NCBI GenBank assembly: GCA_963821875.1
Contig: CAWGFE010000002.1
Coordinates: 739,643-803,642, forward strand
Source: an uncultured Alphaproteobacteria bacterium
GTDB lineage: Bacteria > Pseudomonadota > Alphaproteobacteria > CAVTAV01
Length of the DNA stretch: 64,000 bases
Direction of reading: 5' to 3'
This document shows positions 40,488 through 49,415 of this stretch, piece after piece. Made by a program: the position numbers and the translations under genes. Each line of letters opens with the position of its first letter. Positions within the stretch are counted from its first letter, which is position 1. The notes beneath the pieces are model-generated. The model ran no database searches, had not been told where the DNA came from, and saw only the letters and a list, made by a program, of their open reading frames with translations.

Positions 40488-41192
40488 ATGACCGAGAAAC
40501 ACGAGCTTGGGACCGTGACGTCGAGTGACGTGTCGACCGCACGGGCGGCTGACGCATTCGCGCGCCGGCATCGCTGGGCCAACACCCGTCATTCCGCGCT
40601 CATCCGCTATCTGAAATTCGGCATCCCGCTCGTATCAGCGATCATTATCGCGCTGGTCCTCGTCTGGCCGCGCTTCAATCACAAGGAAAGCGGCTTCACG
40701 CTCGCCTTTCACGAACTGGCCGACTATTCCGGCACGCTGAAGATGGAAAAGCCCCGCATTACCGGCACCGATCCCCATAACCGGCCCTTCGTCATCACCG
40801 CGGAAAAAGCGATTCAACCGAGCGTCGATTCCGACGACATCACGCTCGACGCCATCAATGCGGATATCACCTTCCCCAATTCCCGCTGGCTTTCCCTGAG
40901 CGCGGCGACCGGCACCTATCGCCCGAAGAAGATGACGATCGCTCTGACCGGCCGGGTTACCTTGTTTTCCGATCTCGGCTATGAAGTCCACAGCCGCGCG
41001 GTGGATGTCGATCTGAAGGCCAGCACGGCCACCAGTAATCAGCCGGTCGAGGCTCAGGGTCCGATCGGTCACTTCACGGCCGCCGGATTCGACTTCAATC
41101 TCGACCAGGACGACGTCGTGTTTCACGGCCCCGTCAAGATGGAGCTGATCCCGGGCACCAAGATCCCCGTCACCTCCCGGACAGCCGGATGA
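40488..41192 (+). CDS. lptC: LPS export system protein LptC
   Basis: N-terminal TM anchor IRYLKFGIPLVSAIIIALVLVW followed by a beta-jellyroll periplasmic domain. Immediately upstream of lptA-lptB-rpoN. Confidence 0.7.
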   Translation: MTEKHELGTVTSSDVSTARAADAFARRHRWANTRHSALIRYLKFGIPLVSAIIIALVLVWPRFNHKESGFTLAFHELADYSGTLKMEKPRITGTDPHNRPFVITAEKAIQPSVDSDDITLDAINADITFPNSRWLSLSAATGTYRPKKMTIALTGRVTLFSDLGYEVHSRAVDVDLKASTATSNQPVEAQGPIGHFTAAGFDFNLDQDDVVFHGPVKMELIPGTKIPVTSRTAG

Positions 41193-41279
41193 TGCCCGGA
41201 AGATGGTATGCGCGACGATCATGTCGGACGATGGGGCCGCCGCGATGAAATCCGCGCGATCACGACCAGGAAAGACGCC

Positions 41280-41879
41280 ATGAGAGTTTTGTTGTCGTCC
41301 CGCCCGATTTTAGCCCGGGCCTCGCCGTCCATGCGCCGTCTGGCCGTGCTGGGCTCGACCCTGACGCTTATGGCGAGCGCCGGGGGCGCCATGGCCGCCC
41401 AGTCGCTCGGCCTCAATCACGACGCCAAGCAGAAGATCAATATTTCCGCCGACAGCATGGAAGTCCGCCAGTCGCAGAAGGTGGCCAATTTCAAGGGCAA
41501 TGTGGTGGCCGTCCAGGGCGATCTGACCATGAAGGCGGATAGCGTCAAGGTGTTCTACAGCCTGCAAAAACAGGATTCGGGCACGACCCGGATCGACCGG
41601 ATCGACGCGTCGGGCGATGTCCATATCGAATCGCCCAACGAGAGCGCGAGCGGCAATTGGGGCGTCTACGACGTCGGCCGGGAGCTGTTGACGCTCGGTG
41701 GCGCGGTCAAGCTGAAGCGCGGCGAAACCGTGGTGCAGGGCAGCCGGCTGGAACTCGATCTCAAGACCGGCAAGAGCCGCATGGTCAGCGGCTCCTCCGA
41801 CGACCAGTCGGGGCGGGTGCACGGCGTCTTCGCGCCGCCCGAATCCGACCAGAAAAGCGGCGGAAAGACGGGCCAGTAG
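41280..41879 (+). CDS. lptA: LPS export periplasmic protein LptA (OstA-like)
   Basis: Signal peptide MRRLAVLGSTLTLMASAGGAMAAQS, OstA-like repeats (INISADSMEVRQSQKVANFKGNVVAVQGDLTMKADSVKVFY...). AGGAAAG RBS upstream of the ATG at 41280; an alternative start is at 41331. Confidence 0.75.
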   Translation: MRVLLSSRPILARASPSMRRLAVLGSTLTLMASAGGAMAAQSLGLNHDAKQKINISADSMEVRQSQKVANFKGNVVAVQGDLTMKADSVKVFYSLQKQDSGTTRIDRIDASGDVHIESPNESASGNWGVYDVGRELLTLGGAVKLKRGETVVQGSRLELDLKTGKSRMVSGSSDDQSGRVHGVFAPPESDQKSGGKTGQ

Positions 41880-41932
41880 ACGCGATGGCGATGATACACA
41901 TTGTTAATCGGCAAGAGGTTTAATGATCTGAG

Positions 41933-42715
41933 ATGGCTGCCGACGTGCAACAGATAAGCCAGGCGGCCGGAGAGCCGCGTCCCGCGAACGAAAGTTCTGG
42001 CATTTTCGTCAATACGATCGGGAAGAACTTCAAGAAACGCCCGGTGTTGCGCGGCATTAGCTTGCGGCTCGATCGGGGCGAGGTCGTCGGCCTGTTGGGG
42101 CCGAATGGTGCAGGAAAAACGACGTGTTTCTATATCGTGACGGGGCTTATCGCCCCCGACTATGGCTGGATCATGCTGGACGGCGTTGATATCACCGAGC
42201 GCCCGATGTACCAGCGCGCGCGGCTCGGCATCGGCTACCTGCCGCAGGAAGCCTCGATCTTTCGCGGCCTCAATGTCGAGCAAAACATCCGCGCCGTTCT
42301 CGAAGTGGCGGAACCCGACCGCGAGCGCCGTGAGGCGACCCTCGACAGCCTTCTCAACGAGTTTTCCATTACCCATCTGCGACGTACGCCCTCCGTCGCC
42401 TTGTCGGGCGGCGAACGCCGCCGCGTCGAGATCGCGCGGGCGCTGGCCACTCATCCGAGCTTCATGCTGCTCGATGAGCCCTTCGCCGGCATCGATCCCA
42501 TCGCCGTGAATGATATCCGTGAGCTCGTCATGCATCTCAAGGACCGGGGGCTCGGTGTGCTGATCACCGATCACAATGTCCGTGAGACGCTGGATATCAT
42601 CGATCGCGCCTACATCATCCATGACGGCACGGTTCTCATGGAGGGCACACCCTCCGAGATCGTGGCGAACAATGATGTGCGGCGGGTCTATCTCGGCGAG
42701 AAGTTCAGCCTTTAG
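41933..42715 (+). CDS. lptB: LPS export ABC transporter ATP-binding protein LptB
   Basis: [20 protein letters not shown] Walker [16 protein letters not shown] signature, 260 aa. Confidence 0.9.
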   Translation: MAADVQQISQAAGEPRPANESSGIFVNTIGKNFKKRPVLRGISLRLDRGEVVGLLGPNGAGKTTCFYIVTGLIAPDYGWIMLDGVDITERPMYQRARLGIGYLPQEASIFRGLNVEQNIRAVLEVAEPDRERREATLDSLLNEFSITHLRRTPSVALSGGERRRVEIARALATHPSFMLLDEPFAGIDPIAVNDIRELVMHLKDRGLGVLITDHNVRETLDIIDRAYIIHDGTVLMEGTPSEIVANNDVRRVYLGEKFSL

Positions 42716-42729
42716 GCCCTCGTCCCACC

Positions 42730-44295
42730 ATGGCTTTGTCTCCCAGACTGGAGCTCCGTCAGAGCCAGACGCTCGTGATGACGCCGCAGTTGCAGCAGGC
42801 GATCAAAATGCTGCAGCTGTCCAATCTCGAGCTCAACGAATATGTCGAGCGCGAGGTCGAGCGCAATCCGCTTCTCGAGCTGGGAGAGCCCTCGGAAGGG
42901 CCGACCGAGCGGAGCGATCCGATGGAGCGCGAGCGGTCGCGCGCCACCGAGCGCGCCGAAGCGGATGACGGCATGCCCTCCGCCAATTCGAGACTTTCCG
43001 AGCCCGGCGATATCTCGTCCGGGAAAGAGGCCCCGCTCGACGCCGATTACGAAAATGTGTTCGACAGCGACGCACCCTCTGTCTCGCCGTCCCCGAACGC
43101 GGGTGAGCCGACGGTCGACCCCAAGCTTGGCTCCGCCAACTGGCAGGAGGGCCGCGGTGGCGGCGGACGCGGCGACGGCGGTCCCGATTTGGAACAGACC
43201 CTCTCGGAAAGTGTGTCGCTTCATGACCATCTGGAAGCCCAGCTGACGCTGGCGCTCAGGGATCCGACCGATCTGATGATCGGCCATTACCTGATCGATC
43301 TGGTCAACGAGGCCGGTTACCTGACCGATACGCTCGAATCCGCCGCCGATCGCCTCGGATGCTCGATCGAGGATGCCGAACGGGTGCTCGGGGTTCTGCA
43401 GACCTTCGATCCGGCCGGCGTGTTCGCGCGCGACCTCAAGGAATGTCTGGCGATCCAGCTCCGCGAGAAGGATCGCTACGATCCGATCATGGCCGTGTTC
43501 CTCGACAATCTGGAGCTTCTGGGACGCCGTGATTTTGCTGGTTTGCGGCGCGTGTGCAGTGTCGACGCCGAGGATCTCGCCGAGATGATCTCCGATATCC
43601 AGAGCCTCAATCCCAAGCCGGGCCTCGCGTTCGGTTTCGATCAGATCCAGGCCGTCGTGCCGGATGTCTATATCCGGGAAGGCGCGGATGGCGGCTGGCT
43701 CGTCGAGCTGAACGCCGACACGCTGCCCAAGGTGCTGGTCAATTCGCGCTATTACGCGGAACTCGGCCGCAAGGCCAGGGACAGCAAGGCCAAGGCCTAT
43801 GTCACAGACTGCCTGCATTCGGCCAACTGGCTGGTGAAATCGCTCGATCAGCGCGCCAGGACGATCCTCAAGGTCGCCACCGAGATCGTGCGCCAGCAGG
43901 ACGGCTTCTTCGTCCACGGCGTCACCCATTTGCGGCCGCTCAATCTGCGCGCCATCGCCGAGGCGATCGAGATGCATGAGAGCACCGTGAGCCGCGTGAC
44001 CGCCAACAAATATCTCGCCTGCTCGCGCGGCCTGTTCGAGATGAAGTATTTCTTCACCTCGGCGATCCCGTCGAGCGGCACAGGCGACGCGCATTCGTCC
44101 GAAGCGGTGCGGTTCCGGATTCGGGAGCTGATCGATGCCGAAAATCCCAAGGCGATCCTTTCGGACGATCAACTTGTCGAGATCCTTCGCAAGTCTGGCA
44201 TCGAAATTGCTCGACGTACGGTTGCAAAATATCGCGAAGCCATGAACATCCCGTCGTCGGTCCAGCGCCGGCGGGCAAAGGCCATGTCGTCCTAA
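42730..44295 (+). CDS. rpoN: RNA polymerase sigma-54 factor
   Basis: MALSPRLELRQSQTLVMTPQLQQAIKMLQLSNLEL (region I), RpoN box ARRTVAKYRE and HTH at the C-terminus. Confidence 0.95.
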   Translation: MALSPRLELRQSQTLVMTPQLQQAIKMLQLSNLELNEYVEREVERNPLLELGEPSEGPTERSDPMERERSRATERAEADDGMPSANSRLSEPGDISSGKEAPLDADYENVFDSDAPSVSPSPNAGEPTVDPKLGSANWQEGRGGGGRGDGGPDLEQTLSESVSLHDHLEAQLTLALRDPTDLMIGHYLIDLVNEAGYLTDTLESAADRLGCSIEDAERVLGVLQTFDPAGVFARDLKECLAIQLREKDRYDPIMAVFLDNLELLGRRDFAGLRRVCSVDAEDLAEMISDIQSLNPKPGLAFGFDQIQAVVPDVYIREGADGGWLVELNADTLPKVLVNSRYYAELGRKARDSKAKAYVTDCLHSANWLVKSLDQRARTILKVATEIVRQQDGFFVHGVTHLRPLNLRAIAEAIEMHESTVSRVTANKYLACSRGLFEMKYFFTSAIPSSGTGDAHSSEAVRFRIRELIDAENPKAILSDDQLVEILRKSGIEIARRTVAKYREAMNIPSSVQRRRAKAMSS

Positions 44296-44512
44296 CGCTC
44301 GATGCGGAAAGGGAAAAACATTGGCATTATGCAATCGTCAGTCCGGCGGGGTCGTCGCGACCGCCGCTGATCCCGTCAAGGCCGACTTGATGTTGACACG
44401 GGGTGTGAGGGGCACTATACGGGGCCGCGTTTCAGGGGGCGGGCCGCATTGCGCCGCCGAGCGCGTGGGGCTAGGCTATTATTCCAGTACTCGTCGACGG
44501 ACCAGCTTTCTG

Positions 44513-45121
44513 ATGGACGTGCTCGTCACCGGCAAACAAATCGACGTAGGCGACTCCTTGCGTGATTACGTTCGAGACAAATTTACTGCCGGAATCGCCA
44601 AATATTTCGATCACCCCGTAGAAGCGGCGGTGACGTTCTCGCGGGAATCGCAGCAGTACCGTGTCGACTGCACGGTGCATCTGGCGCAGAACCTGTTTTT
44701 GCGCTCGCATGCGGTCGCGGGCGAAATCTATGGTTGCTTCGACCTTGCGGAAGAGCGCATGGAGAAGCGGCTGCGGCGCTACAAGGGACGCTTCAAGCGC
44801 CATCGCGGGCCACAGCGCGAGGTGCCCGCTGAAGATATGCTGTCGGCGCGCGACATCGTGCTCTCGGCGGAGGATGAGCAGGAGATCGCGCCCGACTCCT
44901 TTCAACCGGTCACTATCGCCGAGACGACCACCGAAATTCCGGCGGTTACGGTCGGCGAAGCGGTGATGAAACTCGATCTTGAGGAACGGACGGCTCTGAT
45001 GTTTCGAAACGTCGCTCACGGCGAGCTTAATGTCGTTTTCCGCCGCCCCGACGGGAATATCGGATGGATCGATCCGGCCGGAAAAGCCGGAGTGGCGGCG
45101 CGAAGGACGCCGGGCCGATGA
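44513..45121 (+). CDS. hpf: ribosome hibernation promoting factor (long HPF, sigma-54 modulation protein family)
   Basis: MDVLVTGKQIDVGDSLRDYVRDKF...AAVTFSRE... YfiA/HPF N-domain plus C-terminal dimerisation domain (ITIAETTTEIPAVTVGEAVMKLDL...). Conserved position after rpoN. Confidence 0.85.
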   Translation: MDVLVTGKQIDVGDSLRDYVRDKFTAGIAKYFDHPVEAAVTFSRESQQYRVDCTVHLAQNLFLRSHAVAGEIYGCFDLAEERMEKRLRRYKGRFKRHRGPQREVPAEDMLSARDIVLSAEDEQEIAPDSFQPVTIAETTTEIPAVTVGEAVMKLDLEERTALMFRNVAHGELNVVFRRPDGNIGWIDPAGKAGVAARRTPGR

Positions 45122-45582
45122 GTTTGTCGGAGATCATTACGGCCGACGCCATCATTCCGAAACTGAAGGCGGCGAGCAAGAAGCAGGCACTTCAGGAAAT
45201 GTCGGAAATCGCGTCGAAGCTGACCGGCATTCCCGATCGCCAGATTTTCGAGGTATTGCTGGAGCGCGAGCGGCTCGGCACCACGGGCGTGGGCCAGGGC
45301 ATCGCGATCCCGCATGGCAAGCTTGCCAAGCTCAATCGTCTTTACGGCGTCTTCGCCCGTCTCGAGCAGCCGGTGGATTTCGATTCGATCGACGAGCGGC
45401 CGGTCGATCTGATCTTCCTGTTGCTGGCACCCGAATCGGCCGGGGCGGATCACTTGAAGGCGCTGGCGAAGGTGTCCCGTCTGCTGCGCGACCGGAAGGT
45501 CTGCGAGAAGCTCCGGGGCACGGATTCGGCCGAGGCGATCTACGCCCTCCTCACGGAATCCATTACACATCACGCCGCCTGA
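45118..45582 (+). CDS. ptsN: PTS IIA-like nitrogen regulatory protein PtsN (EIIA-Ntr)
   Basis: MSLSEIITADAIIPKLKAASKKQALQEMSEI...GQGIAIPHGKL (phosphorylatable His), 154 aa. Its start overlaps the hpf stop (ATGA). Confidence 0.85.
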   Translation: MSLSEIITADAIIPKLKAASKKQALQEMSEIASKLTGIPDRQIFEVLLERERLGTTGVGQGIAIPHGKLAKLNRLYGVFARLEQPVDFDSIDERPVDLIFLLLAPESAGADHLKALAKVSRLLRDRKVCEKLRGTDSAEAIYALLTESITHHAA

Positions 45583-45625
45583 GGCGAAGCCCCGGCGCAC
45601 TGTCCCGAAACAGGACAAAACAGAA

Positions 45626-45700
45626 CTCCCTCATCCTTGCCTTTGTCCCCTTTGAGGGAAAAGGTGGCGCGTTAACGCCGGATGAGGGAGCTGTTTGTTG
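45626..45700. terminator. complex inverted repeat, candidate bidirectional terminator between convergent ptsN and the DUF1150/hsp20 operon
   Basis: ctccctcatcc (45626-45636) pairs with ggatgagggag (45680-45690), with internal sub-palindromes (ccctttgaggg, ggcgcgttaacgcc) and a following tgtttgttg. Confidence 0.3.
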
Positions 45701-45733
45701 ATTCAGGCCGGAGCGTTCCGGCTCCGGTGATTG

Positions 45734-45955
45734 TTAGTGGACGCTGACGGGCTCCACGCCGTTCTGGACCGCGAGCGCGAAGGCGACCTCTCTGGTCGGC
45801 GCGGCGGCGATCTGGGAGCCACCGGCGGAGAAGATCCCGAATTGCGGCTGTCCGTCGATCAGCATGGGCTTGATATAGACCAGATGATCCGCACCCAGGC
45901 TGGCGAGGATTTCGGTGGTGATCGCAGCCTCTGTCTGTTCACTTTTTTCGTACAT
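45734..45955 (-). CDS. DUF1150-family small protein (co-operonic with hsp20)
   Basis: 73 aa: ...LGADHLVYIKPMLIDGQPQFGIFSAGGSQIA.... This family is routinely found next to Hsp20 genes in Rhizobiales-type genomes. Confidence 0.6.
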   Translation of the reverse strand: MYEKSEQTEAAITTEILASLGADHLVYIKPMLIDGQPQFGIFSAGGSQIAAAPTREVAFALAVQNGVEPVSVH

Positions 45956-45995
45956 GGCACACTTCCTTACTCGGCCGGCTGTTCGGCCGTGTGGC

Positions 45996-46475
45996 TTAAC
46001 GAACCCTCGCGACGGAAACTTCTTCCGCTTCTTCGGGCGTGGCCGTCTCGGGCTTGTCCGCCTTGCCGGCGGTAATCTTCACCTGACGGACGACGGTGCT
46101 GGGTTCCGGGCGAACCAGGTCTATTTCGAGAAGCCCGTTGTGCAGATGGGCGGCCGAGACCTCGATGCCCTCGGCGAGCACGAAGGATTTCTGGAACTGC
46201 CGCGCGGCGATGCCGCGATGGAGATACTCCCGGCTGTTGTCTTCCTCCGGCTGTTTGCCCCGAATGACGAGTTGATCGGCCTCCACGGTCGCTGAAAGCG
46301 CCTCGTTGGAGAAGCCGGCCACCGCGAGCGTAATTCGCAGCGTCGAATCGCCAAGCCGTTCGATATTGTAAGGGGGATAGCCGTCGCTCGATGACTTCGC
46401 GACCGAATCGAGCAACCGCTCGACACGCTCAAATCCGAGCAAGAGTGGGCTGTTGAATAGGGAAACACGCGACAT
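45996..46475 (-). CDS. Hsp20-family small heat shock protein
   Basis: Alpha-crystallin domain: YPPYNIERLGDSTLRITLAVAGFSNEALSATVEADQLVIRGK...GLLEIDL. Confidence 0.85.
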   Translation of the reverse strand: MSRVSLFNSPLLLGFERVERLLDSVAKSSSDGYPPYNIERLGDSTLRITLAVAGFSNEALSATVEADQLVIRGKQPEEDNSREYLHRGIAARQFQKSFVLAEGIEVSAAHLHNGLLEIDLVRPEPSTVVRQVKITAGKADKPETATPEEAEEVSVARVR

Positions 46476-46579
46476 AAGGCCTTCTCCTCCATCTGAGCGA
46501 GTTCGCCGCTCGGGGCCCGTTTCGGCGCCCCTGTTGGTCCATGCGGCGGTCCTCGAAAGGCCCCGCCGCGTCAGCCGTT
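46476..46579 (-). promoter_or_regulatory. ROSE-like RNA-thermometer candidate in the hsp20 5' leader (about 100 nt)
   Basis: Leader (minus strand) ...ACGGGCCCCGAGCGGCGAACUCGCUCAGAUGGAGGAGAAGGCCUUAUG. The SD GGAGGAG can pair with the upstream CUC(G)CUC, leaving a single bulged G, which is the hallmark geometry of ROSE elements. Hairpin at plus coordinates 46484-46501. Confidence 0.35.
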
Positions 46580-46607
46580 ATGTATGGTCGCGACGGCAAA
46601 ATTCAAG
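46580..46607 (-). promoter_or_regulatory. sigma32 (RpoH)-type heat-shock promoter candidate for hsp20
   Basis: Minus strand cCTTGAAt - 13 nt - CCATACAT, compared with the sigma32 consensus CTTGAA-N13-15-CCCCATNT. The -35 element overlaps the descending arm of the upstream terminator hairpin. Confidence 0.35.
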
Positions 46608-46626
46608 GGGCCGGCGGCCCCTTGAA
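46595..46626 (-). terminator. rho-independent terminator of the TPR/SPOR lipoprotein gene
   Basis: Perfect palindrome TTCAAGGGGCCG|CGGCCCCTTGAA (plus 46602-46626), followed on the minus strand by UUUUG. Confidence 0.45.
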
Positions 46627-46656
46627 TGACGGTGTGAAATGCTGCGGATTCCGCTT

Positions 46657-48345
46657 CTACTGCGGTGTTTCGGTATTTTCCGGCGGTGGGGCGTTACCGC
46701 CCTGATCCGGGGCAGAACCGGCGTTGGCGTCGCCGTTCTGAGGCGCCTGGTCTGGCTGTTGCTGGGCCCCGTCTTGCGCCTCGGGGCCGCCGACCTGTTC
46801 CCAGACCGTCGTCGAAGCGGACCGCGCCGGCTTTGCGGTCTCATCCTTGACCAGCGCATCGATGTCCAGTTTCGCCTTGCCCGGCTGTTTCGCGGCGGGT
46901 GCGGTCTTGGCCGAGGCGGAGCGGGTCATATCGGCAGGCTTGTCGGTCGGCACATGGCCTTCGCTCGGCTCCGGCGAGCGGACCCAGCACGGGCCGCCGC
47001 GCTTGAGGATCTCGTCGCAGATGTCCTTGGCTTCCTTGTAGGTCGTCAACGGACCGGCGTTAAGACGATAGAAGAATCCCTCGGGATCCTTGTGGCGCTT
47101 GCCGAAATCGACCTCGGACCGGCGCGGGCTCAGCGTGCCGATCAGGTCGGCATAGCGCTTGTGCAGAATGTTCCAGCCGGAAATCAGCTGATGGGCCTTG
47201 CGATACGCCGCGATCTGTACGGCATAGCCTTCCGCGCCGAGCAGCGGCGGGACTTCGGTGATCGGTGCGGTCTGGACCGCGGGCTCGACCTTCGGCCTGT
47301 CCGCCGCCTCGGCCCTGGCGGGCTGGATCGGTTTCTCGGTAATTTCGATCGATGCGGGTTCGATCGGTTTTTCCACCGGCTCGATCGTGGCGGAGGGTTT
47401 GCCGACAAGCCTGTCGATCGTCACCTTGGCTTGCGCCTCTTCGGCGCCGTACCGGAAATTCGCCGGCTCCTCGGTATTTTCCTTCGGTGCGCGGGTGCCG
47501 TTCAGCATCATCCGCGTGCGGGTATCCGGGTTCATGGCCTTGATCTCGTCGTAATAGGCGAGATTGCTGTCGACCGTCACCGGATCGAAATCGATGGAGG
47601 CGACTTTCGATGCCTTGTCATCGTGACCGGCCAACGCGTAGGCGAGCGCCAGATTTTGCCGTTCATTCGGTCCGGCCCGGGGGTCGGTGGCCGCATCCTC
47701 CAGCATCTGGATGCTTTCGTTCGCCTTGCCGTTCAGGGCCATCGACAGGCCGAGATTGCTTTCGATCTTGAGATTGTCGGGATCGGCGGCAAGGCCGGCT
47801 TCATATGCGTTCCGGGCGCTTTGATGGTCGCCCGTCGCGTCGAGCGCGAGCGCCTTGCCGTTCAGCGCGGACACGTCCCTCGGATTCTCGGTCAGCACCT
47901 GGGAGTAAAGCGGCAGCGCCAGTTCCGGCCGGTTGATCGCCAGATAGACATCGGCGAGCTTCACCGCGATCTCCGGATTGTCGTCGTCCCGGTCATGGGC
48001 GGCCTTCAGCGCCTCGATGGCCTCCGAATTCGCGCCCATCGCGGCGAGCGACGTGCCGAGCCCGAGCAATGGCCCGGCGTCATGGGGATGCAGGGCATGA
48101 GCCCGGCGGTAGAGCGGAATGGCGGCGTCGTATTTGCCCTCTTTCGCCATCGCGTCGGCCAGGAACTGAAGCGAGCTGCCTTCATGGGATTCGACGACAT
48201 GGGTCGAGGCGGCCGGACGGGCGGCGCTCACTTCGGTCGACGTCGTGCAACCGCCGACAAGCAGGGCGCCGGTCACGATCATCGTTGCCACGGGCAGCGA
48301 GGAAGCCAAAAGGCGTCGCACCGTCTTGGGAGTCATCTGGGACAT
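46657..48345 (-). CDS. TPR-repeat lipoprotein with C-terminal SPOR (septal peptidoglycan-binding) domain
   Basis: Lipoprotein signal MSQMTPKTVRRLLASSLPVATMIVTGALLVGGC. Multiple TPR repeats (AIPLYRRAHALHPHDAGPLLGLGTSLAAMG...). C-terminal SPOR domain (GYAVQIAAYRKAHQLISGWNILHKRY...FFYRLNAGPLTTYKEAKDICDEL). The ORF-track N-terminal extension to 48753 is Arg-rich and non-coding-like. Confidence 0.7.
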   Translation of the reverse strand: MSQMTPKTVRRLLASSLPVATMIVTGALLVGGCTTSTEVSAARPAASTHVVESHEGSSLQFLADAMAKEGKYDAAIPLYRRAHALHPHDAGPLLGLGTSLAAMGANSEAIEALKAAHDRDDDNPEIAVKLADVYLAINRPELALPLYSQVLTENPRDVSALNGKALALDATGDHQSARNAYEAGLAADPDNLKIESNLGLSMALNGKANESIQMLEDAATDPRAGPNERQNLALAYALAGHDDKASKVASIDFDPVTVDSNLAYYDEIKAMNPDTRTRMMLNGTRAPKENTEEPANFRYGAEEAQAKVTIDRLVGKPSATIEPVEKPIEPASIEITEKPIQPARAEAADRPKVEPAVQTAPITEVPPLLGAEGYAVQIAAYRKAHQLISGWNILHKRYADLIGTLSPRRSEVDFGKRHKDPEGFFYRLNAGPLTTYKEAKDICDEILKRGGPCWVRSPEPSEGHVPTDKPADMTRSASAKTAPAAKQPGKAKLDIDALVKDETAKPARSASTTVWEQVGGPEAQDGAQQQPDQAPQNGDANAGSAPDQGGNAPPPENTETPQ

Positions 48346-48359
48346 GCTTTCTCTACCTA

Positions 48360-48950
48360 CTAGCTGTGGCTCTCTACACTCTCGATCAGGCCGGCTATGG
48401 AAACAGTTACGCCCTGCGGATTCATTAACGGCACGACAGTGCAGGAATATTCGAGACTGCCCGTGCTCACGGGAAAACTTTCGCGTTCGAAAATCGGCGC
48501 GCGCGCCTGGAAGCACTTGCCCGCCATGACCCGCACCCAGTCGACCAGCATCGCGGCCAGTTCGGGCGAGCGGCGCATGACGTCGTTCTGCCCGCTGTCG
48601 GCGTCGGTTTCGGCAAGCCCCGCCACGCTCTCGAGAACTCGGCCGATCCGCACGATCCGGACGTTTCGCGATCCGGCTTCCGGCTCGAATTCGAAGCAGT
48701 GATTCCAGATCCCGTTGAGCTCGTTCGTGCCGAAATCCGCCGCGTGGACCCACCCTTTTTCCGACTTGGTGGCCTTCCAGTGGTCCAGCAGCTTTTCCGA
48801 AAGTGTCTTGGGCCGCGCCACCGCGGAGGCAAGACGCTTGTTTTTGATGTTGATGGACAACAGCGACCCGGCGCCCGACAGATCACCGTCGTCGCCCTCG
48901 CCAAATTCATCATCCATGTCAGGCACGTATTCTTTGGGTGCCACGGTCAC
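48360..48950 (-). CDS. hypothetical protein with acidic N-terminus (possibly PAS-like fold), last gene of the parA-like/RHH operon
   Basis: 196 aa, MTVAPKEYVPDMDDEFGEGDDGDLSGAG... then a globular region with no motif I can name. Gaps of only 14-23 nt to the neighbouring genes, same strand. Confidence 0.45.
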   Translation of the reverse strand: MTVAPKEYVPDMDDEFGEGDDGDLSGAGSLLSINIKNKRLASAVARPKTLSEKLLDHWKATKSEKGWVHAADFGTNELNGIWNHCFEFEPEAGSRNVRIVRIGRVLESVAGLAETDADSGQNDVMRRSPELAAMLVDWVRVMAGKCFQARAPIFERESFPVSTGSLEYSCTVVPLMNPQGVTVSIAGLIESVESHS

Positions 48951-48966
48951 GCCCTTTTGCGTTGCC

Positions 48967-49392
48967 TCACTCTGCCGACGGAGGGTTGGCGAGGCACGCG
49001 CAACCGACCCCGGAAATCCTTGCCGCGACCTGTTTCATGTAGTTTTCCAGAGCTTCGGTGAAGATGTCCTGGCTGCTTTTATTGGTATGCGCCGAGAGAA
49101 GCCGCAGCCGGCGATGGGTCTCGTGATCGAGCCTCACCGTCATGGCGATACGGGGACCATCGCCCACCGGTTTCTTGGCGTGCGCCGCGTCGTCCGTCTC
49201 ATCGGCATGATGATGGACGATCAGATCATCGTCGTCCGCACGAAGGCGCTCACCGCCGCGTTCATTCGTATTTGCGGCCGCCTGCGGAAATTTGGCGGGT
49301 ATGCTCGAATAGCGTCCGCCGGGAGAGGGTAGTGCTTGGCCCTTGCGGGCGAGCAGTGAACTGCTGATTTTAGCAGGACCTTTCGTCTGCAT
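48967..49392 (-). CDS. ribbon-helix-helix protein with long disordered N-terminal tail (ParG-like architecture)
   Basis: C-terminal RHH ...GDGPRIAMTVRLDHETHRRLRLLSAHTNKSSQDIFTEALENYM, preceded by about 85 low-complexity residues. GAGGAG RBS 11 nt upstream of the ATG. Lies 23 nt downstream of the parA-like gene. Confidence 0.55.
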   Translation of the reverse strand: MQTKGPAKISSSLLARKGQALPSPGGRYSSIPAKFPQAAANTNERGGERLRADDDDLIVHHHADETDDAAHAKKPVGDGPRIAMTVRLDHETHRRLRLLSAHTNKSSQDIFTEALENYMKQVAARISGVGCACLANPPSAE

Positions 49393-49415
49393 TTGGCGCC
49401 AGTCTCCTCTAGCAC

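Noticed and set aside
48346-48753. N-terminal 136-codon extension of the TPR/SPOR ORF
   Set aside because: Arg-rich with no RBS. A lipoprotein signal peptide with lipobox starts at 48345, and the 48360..48950 gene occupies the region in another frame.
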